DNA of 64,000 nt. It comes from Trueperaceae bacterium. GTDB taxonomy: Bacteria; Deinococcota; Deinococci; Deinococcales; Trueperaceae. Below, piece after piece: positions 10,340 through 20,555 of this stretch; the first letter of the stretch is position 1, and each line of letters starts with the position of its first letter. A program made the position numbers and the translations under genes. The DNA is taken from contig CBDCDZ010000004.1 in the NCBI GenBank assembly GCA_965215565.1, positions 3,424,001 through 3,488,000 on the forward strand, in the 5' to 3' direction. Below the pieces are notes generated by a model. That model was not told the DNA's origin. It worked only from the letters and a program-made list of their open reading frames with translations, and searched no databases.

Positions 10340-12183
10340 AACCCTCGTTGACGGCTAAAGGCGTCAACGCGGCTCGTCCAGGTGGTCTGCGCTGGAAAGA
10401 AGGGCGGCGCGAAGCCCTCCGCGAAGCGCGGGTCATAGCGGTAGTGGCGTGCGTAGCCGCCCGAGCCTAGCGTGCCCACCGTCTGCGACTGATCTTCAAT
10501 GAGGCTACCCAAGAGGTTGACGCGCGCCTTTTCACCGGCGACGTAGCCCCTAAACCTGTTGGGGTTGCGCGTTCCGAAGCCCGCACCACGCCGAGACGCC
10601 ATGACCGCCGCGTGCACGCCTAAGTCCTGGTTGCGCGGTCCGTCCAGCAAAACGTCGCCGCCGCTTGTGTAGATGCCGAGCACGTTCAGCGCGTCTTCTT
10701 CTCCAAAAGGGCTGTCCGTGTAGGTGAGGCTTTCCTTAATCGTGATATCGCCCGCAGCCACTAAGGTGATCTGACTTTTGGCGGCAATGTCGGGGGCGTT
10801 CGTACCGTCGCCGCCTAGATGGTCGATATCGCCGTCCACGTAAACCACGCCGCTAAAGTCGCCCGATAGAGTGCGGGTGCGCCCGTCCGCTTCGACGCGC
10901 CACGTGTCGCCCTCTCGTGTGAAGACCGTCGTCTCGCCGCGACCTTCAACCTCTTCTTGGGTCACTGCGATCACCTGCTGACCCCTCCGAGTCGAGAACG
11001 TCAGGGCTTTGGCGTCGCCCTTGACGTAGAGCCCGCCCTGCCAACGCGCCGCTCGGTTCGCGTTTTGACCGTCGCCTGCGCTGTAATACACGCCGTCTTT
11101 TAGCTCGGGGACGTTCCAAGCTGCGCGCACCTCGCGTTCGCGGCCGCTTTCGGTGGTAACGCCACCGAAAGCGGCGCGTAGTTGAGTATTGCTGCTCGTG
11201 GGCAGCGCAACCTCGTCCGCGCCGAAGCGTCCCGGTGCGCCCTGAAACACGTCGGGGTAGTCCGCTTCTCGGACGCCTGCGTGCGCCGCGCCATGCGCGG
11301 CGGTCGTGAACGTATCTAAAAAGGTAGGCACCTGCTCGCCTGAGCGTGCGAATCCCGGTCTGCCATTTGTATGAACGGGACCGCCGAAGCGTTCGCCGCC
11401 CGCGAAGTAGAGCTGAGCGCCGCCTACCGCTCGTGTGTCGTTGCGAAAGACGCTGTAGGCGCTGAAGCTCGAGCGCTCAATCGTAACGTCGAAGCGTCCC
11501 GGCGTCTCGAGCCTCACCGTGCGCGTCGCGCTGACCTCGCCGCCCGCGCGCACCTCGCCCGTCGACGTCACCGGGCTGACTCCAAAGGTGAAGCGGTAGC
11601 GCCCCGGTCCCATGAGGCGCACCTCTTCGGGGATAAGCCCGAACGCGGTGCGGTACCACGTTTCGGTACCACGCCTTTCGTCCGAGGCGACGCGGGTCTC
11701 TACGGGGTTACGTTCGCCGCCGAACGCCTCGCGCCAATACTGATTCGGCGTCGTACCTTCGGGGTAGGCGTCTCGAGGTGTATAGGCGGTGAAGAGGGAG
11801 AAGCGTTCCTCGCCCCCTGCGCCTACCGGCGCAGCTTCGCAGAGCACCACGCCCCGCCTGCGCTGCTCGGGCGTCCAGGTGTCCGGCAACTCACGCACGC
11901 TTTGGGCGCAGAAGTTCGCGGCGTGCGCTGTGACGGTGGCGTCGGTTGTATGGGCGCGAAGGCGCAACGTCTGCAGCACCCCTTCGATCTCGCCGAACTT
12001 GCTCCGGGCGCGGCTCAGCCCGGACTCGGCGGCGTACTGCGCTTGCAGCGTGACGCGCCCCTCGGCCGTGGCGCGGCGGCTCGAGAGCGCCAACGTCGAG
12101 GTGACGGCGAGCAGCGCCACGATAAGGACCATCGCCGACAAGAGAACGACGACGAACGCAATACCTTGTTGCTGCCTATGCAT
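10318..12183 (-). CDS. ComZ-like (DUF4900-type) PilX-N-terminal pilus protein
   Basis: QG|IAFVVVLL, AQYAAESGL, GPVHTNG, C-terminal YRYDPRF..GFAPPFFP. Confidence 0.8.
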   Translation of the reverse strand: MHRQQQGIAFVVVLLSAMVLIVALLAVTSTLALSSRRATAEGRVTLQAQYAAESGLSRARSKFGEIEGVLQTLRLRAHTTDATVTAHAANFCAQSVRELPDTWTPEQRRRGVVLCEAAPVGAGGEERFSLFTAYTPRDAYPEGTTPNQYWREAFGGERNPVETRVASDERRGTETWYRTAFGLIPEEVRLMGPGRYRFTFGVSPVTSTGEVRAGGEVSATRTVRLETPGRFDVTIERSSFSAYSVFRNDTRAVGGAQLYFAGGERFGGPVHTNGRPGFARSGEQVPTFLDTFTTAAHGAAHAGVREADYPDVFQGAPGRFGADEVALPTSSNTQLRAAFGGVTTESGREREVRAAWNVPELKDGVYYSAGDGQNANRAARWQGGLYVKGDAKALTFSTRRGQQVIAVTQEEVEGRGETTVFTREGDTWRVEADGRTRTLSGDFSGVVYVDGDIDHLGGDGTNAPDIAAKSQITLVAAGDITIKESLTYTDSPFGEEDALNVLGIYTSGGDVLLDGPRNQDLGVHAAVMASRRGAGFGTRNPNRFRGYVAGEKARVNLLGSLIEDQSQTVGTLGSGGYARHYRYDPRFAEGFAPPFFPAQTTWTSRVDAFSRQRGLWEVERP

Positions 12184-12436
12184 GAGTGGACCTCTTCAGG
12201 ATGGATTGTCGCGCTCGAGTTTCGCCCTTCCAACTCAACGCTAACGAAACATCGTGACTTTGGCTAGGAAACTTTTATCTTTGGTAGATGGACCTGCCGG
12301 AGTTCGGGCTGATTAGCCAGGTGCGTTTCCAGGACGAAAGTGTTGAGAAGAGCAGAGGTTGGCCTCGAGCTTCCTTAACGGACCTCTAAAGACGCGCTTG
12401 CCCAAAAATCCCGGTTGTGCGGTACACTTAACGCCT

Positions 12437-12964
12437 ATGGCGGACCCTCATCACCGCGCCCTTCTCTGCGCCGCGCTCCTCGCCGCCGGACGCCCGCTCG
12501 CTCACAAAGACCTCGGTGAGCTTCTAGGCGGCGCTGACGTGGCGGAGACGGTTCGCGATCTGCAGAGGACGCTCGAGGCGCAGAGCCTCGGCCTAGTCGC
12601 CGAAGAGGTGGCGGGCGGTGTCCGGCTCGTGGTTGCGCCGGCGCTCACGAACGAACTCGCCGCACTCCTCTCGCCGCCGCCCCTGCCCCAACTCTCCAAA
12701 GCCGCCGTCGAAACGCTCGCGCTCGTCGCCTATCAGCAGCCGGTCACGCGCGGCGAGCTAGAGGCGGCGCGGGGCGCGTCGTGCGCGTCGACGCTCGACA
12801 CGCTGCAAGAGCGCGAACTCATCAAAGTCGTCGGACGCAAAGAGGTCATCGGCAGACCGCTGCTCTACGGCACCACCGAGCGGTTTTTAGTGGAGTTCGG
12901 GCTGCGCTCGCTCGCCGACTTGCCCCCGCTCAGCGAGCAACCTACCGCGTTCTTGCGCGGCTAA
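12437..12964 (+). CDS. scpB: SMC-Scp complex subunit ScpB
   Basis: LSKAAVETLALVAYQQPVTRGELEAARG and GRPLLYGTTERFL motifs; TACACT-N8-ATG start. Confidence 0.95.
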   Translation: MADPHHRALLCAALLAAGRPLAHKDLGELLGGADVAETVRDLQRTLEAQSLGLVAEEVAGGVRLVVAPALTNELAALLSPPPLPQLSKAAVETLALVAYQQPVTRGELEAARGASCASTLDTLQERELIKVVGRKEVIGRPLLYGTTERFLVEFGLRSLADLPPLSEQPTAFLRG

Positions 12965-13045
12965 GGTTGCCGCTCCGCCGCGCCGTTCCTAGCCCTGCGA
13001 TGAGTCAGGAGAGGTGCCCATATGTCCGTTCATTCCAAAACGGTA

Positions 13046-13921
13046 TTATCTGAGCGTCTCGAGCCACGCCGCTAAAGCCCGCCCGATCTCGTTCGGTCTA
13101 TCCTCGGGCAAAAAGTGCAACCCCGCCCCGACATCCACCGCCGTGAGGTTGGGGAGCGCCTTGCACCACGCCACCTCGTCCTCACTGATAATCGCCCCCG
13201 GCTGTGCGTAGAGGAGGAGCTTGGGGACGGCTGAGGTCTCTAGATATCTGTGATAGCCGTCCACAATCTCAGCTACGTCCGCAGGCTCACCCTCAATTGG
13301 AATCTCCCTGACCGCTTGCAGGATGGGTTTGCGGTCTCGCTCCTCTAAAAAGGGCGCGCGGTAAGCGTCCATCTCCTCTTCAGATAACTCGCGCAGGGTG
13401 CCACCGGGTAGGACGGTCTCGAGAAAGAAGTTCTCCTCTAAAATCATCCGCTCGCCGACGCCTTCCGTGCGCAACCTCTTAAACATCTCCTGTGAGTCTT
13501 CGTCAAAGTCAGCCCAAGTATTCGTGTGAAGGTGCCCCTCTATTAGCGCCACCGCTCTGACGTTACCCGGATAGCGCGTGAGGTAGTGGAGCCCGACCGC
13601 AACGCCCCAGTCGTGCATGACGAACGTGAGGTTATCGAGACCTAACGTTTTGATAAAAGCGTCCACGTAGTCGATGTGCTCAACCAGACGATACGAACTA
13701 TCCGGCTTGCCCGACGCGCCCATGCCGATGAGGTCAGGGGCGAGGCAGCGCCCCTTATCCGCCACGTGCGGGATGACGTTGCGCCACAAGTAGGATGAGG
13801 TCGGGTTGCCGTGCAGGAAGAGGATAGGGCTGCCCTGCCCAGCCTCCAAGTAGTGCATGGACGATTCTTTGACCACGACGGTTTTTGAGGTCAAACGCTC
13901 GGGAATAGAAGCGCCAAACAC
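13046..13921 (-). CDS. Haloalkane dehalogenase (alpha/beta hydrolase)
   Basis: LHGNPTSSYLWRN, APDLIGMGASGKP, HDWG nucleophile, GLHFLPED. Confidence 0.92.
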   Translation of the reverse strand: MFGASIPERLTSKTVVVKESSMHYLEAGQGSPILFLHGNPTSSYLWRNVIPHVADKGRCLAPDLIGMGASGKPDSSYRLVEHIDYVDAFIKTLGLDNLTFVMHDWGVAVGLHYLTRYPGNVRAVALIEGHLHTNTWADFDEDSQEMFKRLRTEGVGERMILEENFFLETVLPGGTLRELSEEEMDAYRAPFLEERDRKPILQAVREIPIEGEPADVAEIVDGYHRYLETSAVPKLLLYAQPGAIISEDEVAWCKALPNLTAVDVGAGLHFLPEDRPNEIGRALAAWLETLR

Positions 13922-13924
13922 CGC

Positions 13925-14542
13925 TTACCTGCGCGCCTTATTCGCGTGCGGAAAAGGAATCTCAGGACGCGCCAAGCCGAGAAACCCCGCCAACTCGCCC
14001 CAGCCGTCACCCTCTTCCCAGCAGACTTCTAAGAGGTCGTTAGGGCGCGCTCTGAAGTAGTTTCTGACCTCTTCCAAATGCTTTTCGTAAAAGCGGATGT
14101 GTTCGTCCCTATGCTCATGTGGCGTGGCGTAGCCGTAGATGACCTTTCGAAACCGAGTCGGACCCGTCAGTTCGGCGTGCTTGCGCAGGCTTTCAAACCA
14201 GGTTTCGGGGTCTTTGCGCCTCGTCAGGATGAACTTCGTACCTGGAAAAGTTCGGTCGAACTCCCTGTAGAGGAGGGGCCAGGGCCAGTCTTCGAAGCTG
14301 TCGAAGTGGCTGGCTTGTTCTAGCACGCGCATGTAGTCTCGCTCGCGCCACGCTCTGAATGCCTCCACGCTGTAAGAGGTGTGTTTCATGCCCCAGTGCT
14401 GCAAGCACACGCCCAAGGTGGACGTGCCCGTTTTGTTGAGACCGACGCCGACTATCTTGCCTCTATCTTCCATCTCTGGACCGCTCCCCTTCATTCGATT
14501 TCGCGCCGCTTGCGCTGCGAGGTGACCTGCGATGATAAACAT
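13925..14542 (-). CDS. Sulfotransferase-family P-loop protein
   Basis: GLNKTGTSTL PAPS-binding loop, DWPW, KFILTRR, GWGELAGFLG, FPHAN. Confidence 0.85.
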   Translation of the reverse strand: MFIIAGHLAAQAARNRMKGSGPEMEDRGKIVGVGLNKTGTSTLGVCLQHWGMKHTSYSVEAFRAWRERDYMRVLEQASHFDSFEDWPWPLLYREFDRTFPGTKFILTRRKDPETWFESLRKHAELTGPTRFRKVIYGYATPHEHRDEHIRFYEKHLEEVRNYFRARPNDLLEVCWEEGDGWGELAGFLGLARPEIPFPHANKARR

Positions 14543-14705
14543 ACATTACCTCCGTTTTTCGCGCCCATCCTTGCTTTCGCTACGCTTTGACCTCTTTTAC
14601 GTTTTAGCTTTACTTCATGTATTGGCTTCTGCTTCTTTCACCCTCTCGCCTCACTTGACCCTTTTCTTATACGAATCTTCTACTTCCTACGACCTTTCTA
14701 ACTTC

Positions 14706-15481
14706 GGTAGTGGCTCAACACGAACTGCTAAGCTAAGGGATGGTTACTCAGACAGTACAGTGTTATCACTGCGGCAGCGAGAACGTAAAGAAGAACGGCA
14801 AAGCCCCTAATGGCAAACAGCGCTACCACTGTAAGGAATGCAACCGAGCGAGTTTAGAGAACCCAAATTACGGCTACAGTAAAGAGAGAAAGGAAGAGAT
14901 TCTTAAAGCTTATCAAGAGCGCTCTAGTATGCGCGGTGTCGCTAGAACGTTTGGGATATCACGTAACACACTGGACGCCTGGCTCAAAAAAAGCCAAGAT
15001 AACGCCTCCCCTTAGCGATACACTCATAGCTCCTAAAGTACCTGGAGCTGTAGAGCTTGAACTCGACGAAATGTGGTCGTTTGTAAGCTGCAAAGCTAAA
15101 AAGCTCTGGATATGGCTGGCTCTTTGCAAACAGACCAGGCAAGTCGTTGCTTGCGTCATAGGAGGACGCGGTAGCGCTACGTGCAAGAAGCTTTGGGGCA
15201 ACGTACCTAACGCCTACAAAAAAGGTCTCGTCTTCAGTGACTTTTGGGAAGCTTATCAAGCTGTTATCCCCGACGAGCAACATCAGGCTGTCGGCAAAGA
15301 AACTGGACTTACGGCTCACGTTGAACGTTTCAACAACACAATTCGTCAGCGCCTCGCCCGCTTTGTCAGAAAGACCTTGTCCTTCTCTAAAGCCCAGCAC
15401 ATGCACCTTATCTGCCTGCATATGTTCCTCGTTAGCTACAACCTGGAGGTTAAGGTTGGCAGTCTGAGGTGAGCCACTACC
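14706..15481 (+). mobile_element. IS1-family insertion sequence, 776 bp
   Basis: Terminal IRs GGTAGTGGCTC / GAGCCACTACC; 8-bp target duplication CTAACTTC (14698-14705 and 15482-15489); InsA and InsB ORFs inside. Confidence 0.95.
14740..15472 (+). CDS. IS1-family transposase (InsA 14740-15015 plus InsB to 15472, joined by frameshift at the A7 run 14986-14992)
   Basis: Zn ribbon CYHCGS..KNG..GKQRYHCKEC and HTH; DDE part ELDEMWSFV, SDFWEAY, HVERFNNTIRQRLAR. Confidence 0.9.
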
Positions 15482-15555
15482 CTAACTTCATTGCTCCAAC
15501 CTTATCGGCACTTTTTCTCGTGGGGTTTCTCGAGTGCGTCCTTCAGAAAATTATC

Positions 15556-15592
15556 TGAATCGATTTTCTAAATCGTTTCAGTAGTATAAGAT
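15556..15592 (+). promoter_or_regulatory. Putative LacI-type operator pair and leaderless -10
   Basis: tgaatcgatttt and taaatcgtttca (CG-centred pseudo-palindromes), then TAAGAT-N8-ATG of the LacI gene. Confidence 0.45.
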
Positions 15593-15600
15593 GAAGCTCT

Positions 15601-16719
15601 ATGCATGTCAAATCTTCTCGCCGCGTCACGCTGAAAGCTATCGCCGAAGACTTGGGCGTCGCGCTTTCCACTGTCTCGAACGCCTACAACCGCCCCAACC
15701 AGCTTTCGCCGGAGTTGCGCATAAAAATTTTAGAGCGTGCCAAAGAACTCGGTTACGCTGGACCTGATCCGGTGGCGGCGAGCCTGCGCCGAGGCAAGAC
15801 GGGCGCGGTGGGACTCGTCTTTCCCAACTCGCTCTCGTATACCTTCACCGACCCCATTGCGGTCTCATTCGTGCGGGGCGTCGCGGGTGAGGTGGAGCGG
15901 GCGGGCTACGGTCTGCTGCTCGTCGGCGGGTTTTCTGCGGAGGACGGGGTTGATGAAACCGGGGGAGAGGTTAGCGGGTCACGGCGCGAGACCTTCTTGG
16001 CGGCGGAGGCAAACGTAGACGGGTTCGTGCTCTACAACCTCTCGAGCCGTGACCCTCTTTTAGACACTGCGCTGGGACGCAATCTACCCACTATTCTTGT
16101 AGATAACCCAGATATCGCGGGCGTTCCCTCGGTGATTGTTGAGGACGAGTTAGGAGCGTATAGAGCGGCGGAGCACCTGCTCAGTCTGGGTCACAAAAGG
16201 TTGGGGGTGATTTCGCTCGAGCTAGACCTGAGTGCGAAGGGTGCGCTGATCGGCCCAGCGCGGCAACGAGAGGCTGCCTACCGCCCAACCCAGACCCGCT
16301 TGCGAGGTTACGCCGCCGCTGTGAGCGCCGCCGGGCTCGCCTGGGACGAGGTGCTCGTTTACGAAACGGAGGACAACTCTGTAAAACAGGGGCGAAAAGC
16401 TGCGGCGGCGCTCCTCAGCCAACCTTGGGCCCCAACCGCCTTTCTTGTAATGAGCGACCAGCTCGCCTTGGGCGCGCTCGCACTCGCCACCGAACGGGGC
16501 GTCCGCGTGCCCGTTGACCTCTCCATCGTCGGCTACGACGACAGCGTCCTCGCGGCGCAAGCGACGCCGCCACTGACGACGGTGCGACAACCTTATGTCG
16601 AGAAGGGGCGCATCGCCGGGGAGATGCTTTTGGCGCGGCTGCGAGGTGAAACGCCCACCTCGAGAAGTCTAAAAACAGAGCTGGTGGTAAGAGGCTCGAG
16701 TGGGCGGGTGCAGCGCTAG
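15601..16719 (+). CDS. LacI-family transcriptional regulator
   Basis: TLKAIAEDLGVALSTVSNAYN HTH; DLSIVGYDD, PPLTTVRQP. Confidence 0.95.
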   Translation: MHVKSSRRVTLKAIAEDLGVALSTVSNAYNRPNQLSPELRIKILERAKELGYAGPDPVAASLRRGKTGAVGLVFPNSLSYTFTDPIAVSFVRGVAGEVERAGYGLLLVGGFSAEDGVDETGGEVSGSRRETFLAAEANVDGFVLYNLSSRDPLLDTALGRNLPTILVDNPDIAGVPSVIVEDELGAYRAAEHLLSLGHKRLGVISLELDLSAKGALIGPARQREAAYRPTQTRLRGYAAAVSAAGLAWDEVLVYETEDNSVKQGRKAAAALLSQPWAPTAFLVMSDQLALGALALATERGVRVPVDLSIVGYDDSVLAAQATPPLTTVRQPYVEKGRIAGEMLLARLRGETPTSRSLKTELVVRGSSGRVQR

Positions 16720-16833
16720 GGGCGGCGAGAGCGGGCTGCGCATAGATTCGGTGAGGTGATGAGGCGAACTGTAGCGCTTTTTCTCCTCATCTGCCTCTCG
16801 CATTCCCCTTCACTTCAAGGTAAAGTATCCCTC

Positions 16834-17472
16834 ATGCCTTTCTATCGTTTTGGAGGGGGCTGGCTCGAGCTAATTGTCGGTCCCATGTTTTCAGGCAAGT
16901 CCGAAGAGTTAATCCGCCGCGTGACCCGCGCGTTTATCGCCAAACAAAAGGTCCAGGTCTTCAAGCCCGCCTTGGATACGCGCTATGACGCGGTGTCGGT
17001 GGCGTCGCACAACGGGCGCACTTTAGAGGCAGTAGCCGTGCGCGACGCTGGGGAGATGCGCGAGAGGCTGGAGCCGCAGACGCAAGTCGTCGCCATCGAC
17101 GAGGGACAATTTTTAGGGGATGAACTCGTCTCTTTAGCCCTAGACCTCGCGGATGAGGGCAAGCGCGTCATGATTGCGGGGCTCGATCTAGACTTTCGCG
17201 GCGAACCCTTCGGCGTGATGCCGCAGCTTTTGGCGCGAGCGGAGTCGGTGACGAAACTCACCGCCATCTGCAAGTGCACCCACGCCGCGACGCGCACTCA
17301 GCGGCTCATCGGCGGTCATCCGGCGCACTACGGCGACCCCGTCATTTTAGTCGGCGCGGCGGAGAGCTACGAGCCGCGCTGCCGCGCCTGTCACCGTGTG
17401 CCGCGCACGGAGCGGGCGACGCCGCTCTTCAAAATCGGGGCGCAGCGCGAGAAAGATGGGCTCGAGCGTTAG
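16834..17472 (+). CDS. tdk: Thymidine kinase
   Basis: [44 protein letters not shown]. Confidence 0.97.
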   Translation: MPFYRFGGGWLELIVGPMFSGKSEELIRRVTRAFIAKQKVQVFKPALDTRYDAVSVASHNGRTLEAVAVRDAGEMRERLEPQTQVVAIDEGQFLGDELVSLALDLADEGKRVMIAGLDLDFRGEPFGVMPQLLARAESVTKLTAICKCTHAATRTQRLIGGHPAHYGDPVILVGAAESYEPRCRACHRVPRTERATPLFKIGAQREKDGLER

Positions 17473-17679
17473 ATTCTTCGGGACACTCGCTACATATTTT
17501 CTGGTATAGTTGTACTGCTGAAAGGTCTTGCGCGTAGGCGGAAGCGGTGTTGCGTCTCTCGCGGCTGCCGCGTACACGAAGCGTAGTACATAAAGTGTGG
17601 TACACCGCTCAGGTCCACCTGAAACGAGAAAGGGGTAGATTGTGTTCTCTGACACCAGCCTCGAGCTATACTTAGCCCC

Positions 17680-19041
17680 GTGGCGGAACCTCAGTTGATA
17701 CCCTTTCACGAAGCCTTGGAGCGTGCACTGAACGTAATGTGCCACCTTTTTGGCGTGCCCATCGTGCTCGTCGGGAGTGAGGAGGCAGCATACGCGCGTG
17801 GCTTAGACGCGCCTCAGCAAGCGACGCTTTGGGCGTTCGTGCGTGAGGTCGGTGCTCCCGAAGGGACCGCCGGAGACGTGCGCGTGATCCTCGACGCCGA
17901 AAGGGACCCGCGCACCGCCCAGCACGCCGCTGTCCGGCGGCTAGGGCTCCGCTTCTACGCGGGTACGTCTTTGGGCGGGCAGCATTTCTGCGTCGCCCAC
18001 CGCGAGCCGCGCGAGCATTTTGGCGAGGCGGAGCGCGCCGTGCTCTTAGACGCCGCCACGCTAAACCTCGAGCGCCACGCCCTCCACCTCACTGCTGCCG
18101 CGCTCAGGGGCAGCCGCGAGTTCAACCGGAAGATGCTCGAGAGCATTCAGGACTGCATCAAAGTTTTGGACCTAGACGGCGCGCTACTCTATATGAGCCC
18201 GAACGGGCAAAAGGCGCTAGAGCTTGACGACGTGGACGACTTTTTGGGAAAGCCTTGGCTCGAGTTGTGGCACGGCGCGGACACCGAGGACGCGCGGCGG
18301 GCACTGCAGAGCGCTAGGGAAAACGGAACGGGACGCTTCCAAGAATCTTTGGCGACGGCGAAAGGCGAGCCCAGATTCTGGGACGTCCGGGTCACACCCA
18401 TGCTAGACGCCCAAGGCGAGCCCGAAAAGCTCCTGCTCGTCTCCAGGGATATCACCCAGCAGAAGCGGCGCGAAGACGAGTTGGAGAGCGTGCGTGAACA
18501 GCTCCAGCTCGCGAATATGAAGCTCGAGCACGACACCTTACACGATATGCTCACGGGACTGCCGAACCGCAAGCTCTTCGCCGAGCACGTCTGGACCGCG
18601 ATCAGCCGCTTAGAGCGTCATCCGGGGCAGCGTTACGCAGTGCTCTTTCTCGACTTCGACGACTTCAAACGGGTCAACGACACGTTTGGGCACGGCGTCG
18701 GCGACGAGTTATTAGTAGCTATCGCTGAACGACTCAAGCACGTGGTTCGTCCCTCGGATATCGTCGCGCGACTTGCCGGGGACGAATTCACGGTGCTCCT
18801 TAGCGACGTGCAGAGTGAACGTGACGCGGCGCAAGCGGCGGAGCGCATCGCCCAAGCGTTCGCCGAGCCGCTAGAACTGAGCGACGAAACCCTGCGCGTG
18901 ACCGTGAGCATCGGCATCGTCGTGAGCGAGCCGCGCTACCGCCAACCCGAAGCGATTCTGCGCGACGCAGATGCAGCGATGTACCGCGCAAAAGCGGCGG
19001 GTAAGGCGCGCTACGCCGTATTCAGACCTGCGCCGAACTGA
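17680..19041 (+). CDS. GAF-like/PAS sensor diguanylate cyclase
   Basis: PAS (DCIKVLDLDG...SRDIT), HDMLTGLPNR, DDFKRVNDTFGHGVGD, RLAGDEF. Confidence 0.9.
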   Translation: MAEPQLIPFHEALERALNVMCHLFGVPIVLVGSEEAAYARGLDAPQQATLWAFVREVGAPEGTAGDVRVILDAERDPRTAQHAAVRRLGLRFYAGTSLGGQHFCVAHREPREHFGEAERAVLLDAATLNLERHALHLTAAALRGSREFNRKMLESIQDCIKVLDLDGALLYMSPNGQKALELDDVDDFLGKPWLELWHGADTEDARRALQSARENGTGRFQESLATAKGEPRFWDVRVTPMLDAQGEPEKLLLVSRDITQQKRREDELESVREQLQLANMKLEHDTLHDMLTGLPNRKLFAEHVWTAISRLERHPGQRYAVLFLDFDDFKRVNDTFGHGVGDELLVAIAERLKHVVRPSDIVARLAGDEFTVLLSDVQSERDAAQAAERIAQAFAEPLELSDETLRVTVSIGIVVSEPRYRQPEAILRDADAAMYRAKAAGKARYAVFRPAPN

Positions 19042-19076
19042 GGCGAACGGTAGAGGCGGACAACACGTAAAGAAGT

Positions 19077-20432
19077 TCAGCGTCTTTGCGGCTCGAGCCT
19101 GCCCACCTGGGCGCGTTCGTCGCGGGCTTCGAGCCCCACCACGACGGGCTGCACCTTGAGCCAGAGCCACGCCACCTGTACGCCGCTCCCGACGACGAAC
19201 GCCGCCACGCCGACGTAGAGCCCCGCCACGCCCTCCCACAGCACGCCGCCCACGAGAATAACCGCGCTTACGGCTAAAGACAGCGCGACGGACTGCACGA
19301 CGCTACCCGTCCGCTTGCCGTGCACGATAAGCCCCTGATACCAGTTTTGCAGCACGCTGAGGCTGGGCCACAGGAGCGCGAACCAGAGGCCCGACTGCGC
19401 GAGCCGCGCGAGCCCAGGCTCCAACCCCGCAACGTTCTCGAACCAGAACGTGCTAAGAGGTGTCGCCGCGATGAGGAGGAGCGCTCCGAAAATGCCTACG
19501 GTGAGCAGCCAGGTGAAACGGCGCAAGCTCACCAGTGACTGTGGCTCGTCCGCGAGCGCCACGACGACTTCGTTATACGCCATGCCCAAACTCCGAAACA
19601 CGAAGATAAAGCCGCTCAGGATAGGCCAAGCCGCGAGCGACTCCAGTGCCCGCGGCATCCGCCCGAGCGCCGCGCTGCCGAGCGGTTGCGTGAGTAAAAG
19701 GAGAGAAGAGGTGGCGGCGAGCGGAATATAAAAGCTGTAAAACGCGGACCAGGTGAGGTCTTCCGCAGTGGGCGCTTCCCTAAGCTCCCGCAGCGCCGGG
19801 CGCACCCGCCAGCCGATGTAAACCATCTCGGTGAGGACGCCCGCCGCGATGCCCGCCGCGCCTATGACGATGCCGGGCACCCCTCCTACCCAAAGCGCCA
19901 CACCTACCCCTACGCCCATCGCCACGATATTCGCGCAGAGGCGGATGAGCGTGCCCGTGCTGACTGCCCTCGACTGCCCGAAACGGATCAGCACCCCTTG
20001 ATGAAAGCGGCGGTGCGCGATGCTCCAGGTCCAGGGCAAGATGACCATAAGCCCTAAACGCGCGGGCGCTATGACCTCTTGCGGCGGGCTGAGCGCCGCC
20101 ACGATGACGAGGTCATAAAGCGGCGTGAAAACGAGCAGTACGTGGAGCAGCGTGAGCAGACCCCCCGAGACCATCATGAAGCGGTAGATTTTCTGGTACG
20201 ACGCCCAATCTTTACTGAGCGCCGTCGAAGTCGCGAGCAGCATGATGATAGGCGCTTCGATGATGAGCGCGATAGGGAAGACGACGCCCCCTAGCGCAGC
20301 TAAGTTGACCGTCGGCTCAGCCAGGCGCGCGATGACCGCGCCCACGAGCGGCTGCTCTAAGCCCATGAAGAGCCAGCTTATAGCGAGGGGCCACCAAGTT
20401 CTAAAGACGTGAGTAAGGGATAGGGCGTGCAT
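19077..20432 (-). CDS. MATE/ANKH-like polytopic membrane transporter
   Basis: About 12 hydrophobic segments with a two-fold internal repeat (WWPLA / YIPLA). Confidence 0.75.
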   Translation of the reverse strand: MHALSLTHVFRTWWPLAISWLFMGLEQPLVGAVIARLAEPTVNLAALGGVVFPIALIIEAPIIMLLATSTALSKDWASYQKIYRFMMVSGGLLTLLHVLLVFTPLYDLVIVAALSPPQEVIAPARLGLMVILPWTWSIAHRRFHQGVLIRFGQSRAVSTGTLIRLCANIVAMGVGVGVALWVGGVPGIVIGAAGIAAGVLTEMVYIGWRVRPALRELREAPTAEDLTWSAFYSFYIPLAATSSLLLLTQPLGSAALGRMPRALESLAAWPILSGFIFVFRSLGMAYNEVVVALADEPQSLVSLRRFTWLLTVGIFGALLLIAATPLSTFWFENVAGLEPGLARLAQSGLWFALLWPSLSVLQNWYQGLIVHGKRTGSVVQSVALSLAVSAVILVGGVLWEGVAGLYVGVAAFVVGSGVQVAWLWLKVQPVVVGLEARDERAQVGRLEPQRR

Positions 20433-20555
20433 GACGGCGTTTATGGTACCCGCTCGAGTGCGTGGAGATTGCGGTGCTGGGGGTGTTTAAGTTCGAAGCA
20501 ATGCGTTGAAAGCATTTGAAAAAGTTGAAAGGTTCCTAAATACAAAGTTCATGGT

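Noticed and set aside
11371..12267. Long antisense and alternate-frame ORFs (also 24855-25613, 54617-55225, 57372-57998)
   Set aside because: Shadows of well-supported genes in GC-rich DNA, with no recognisable motifs
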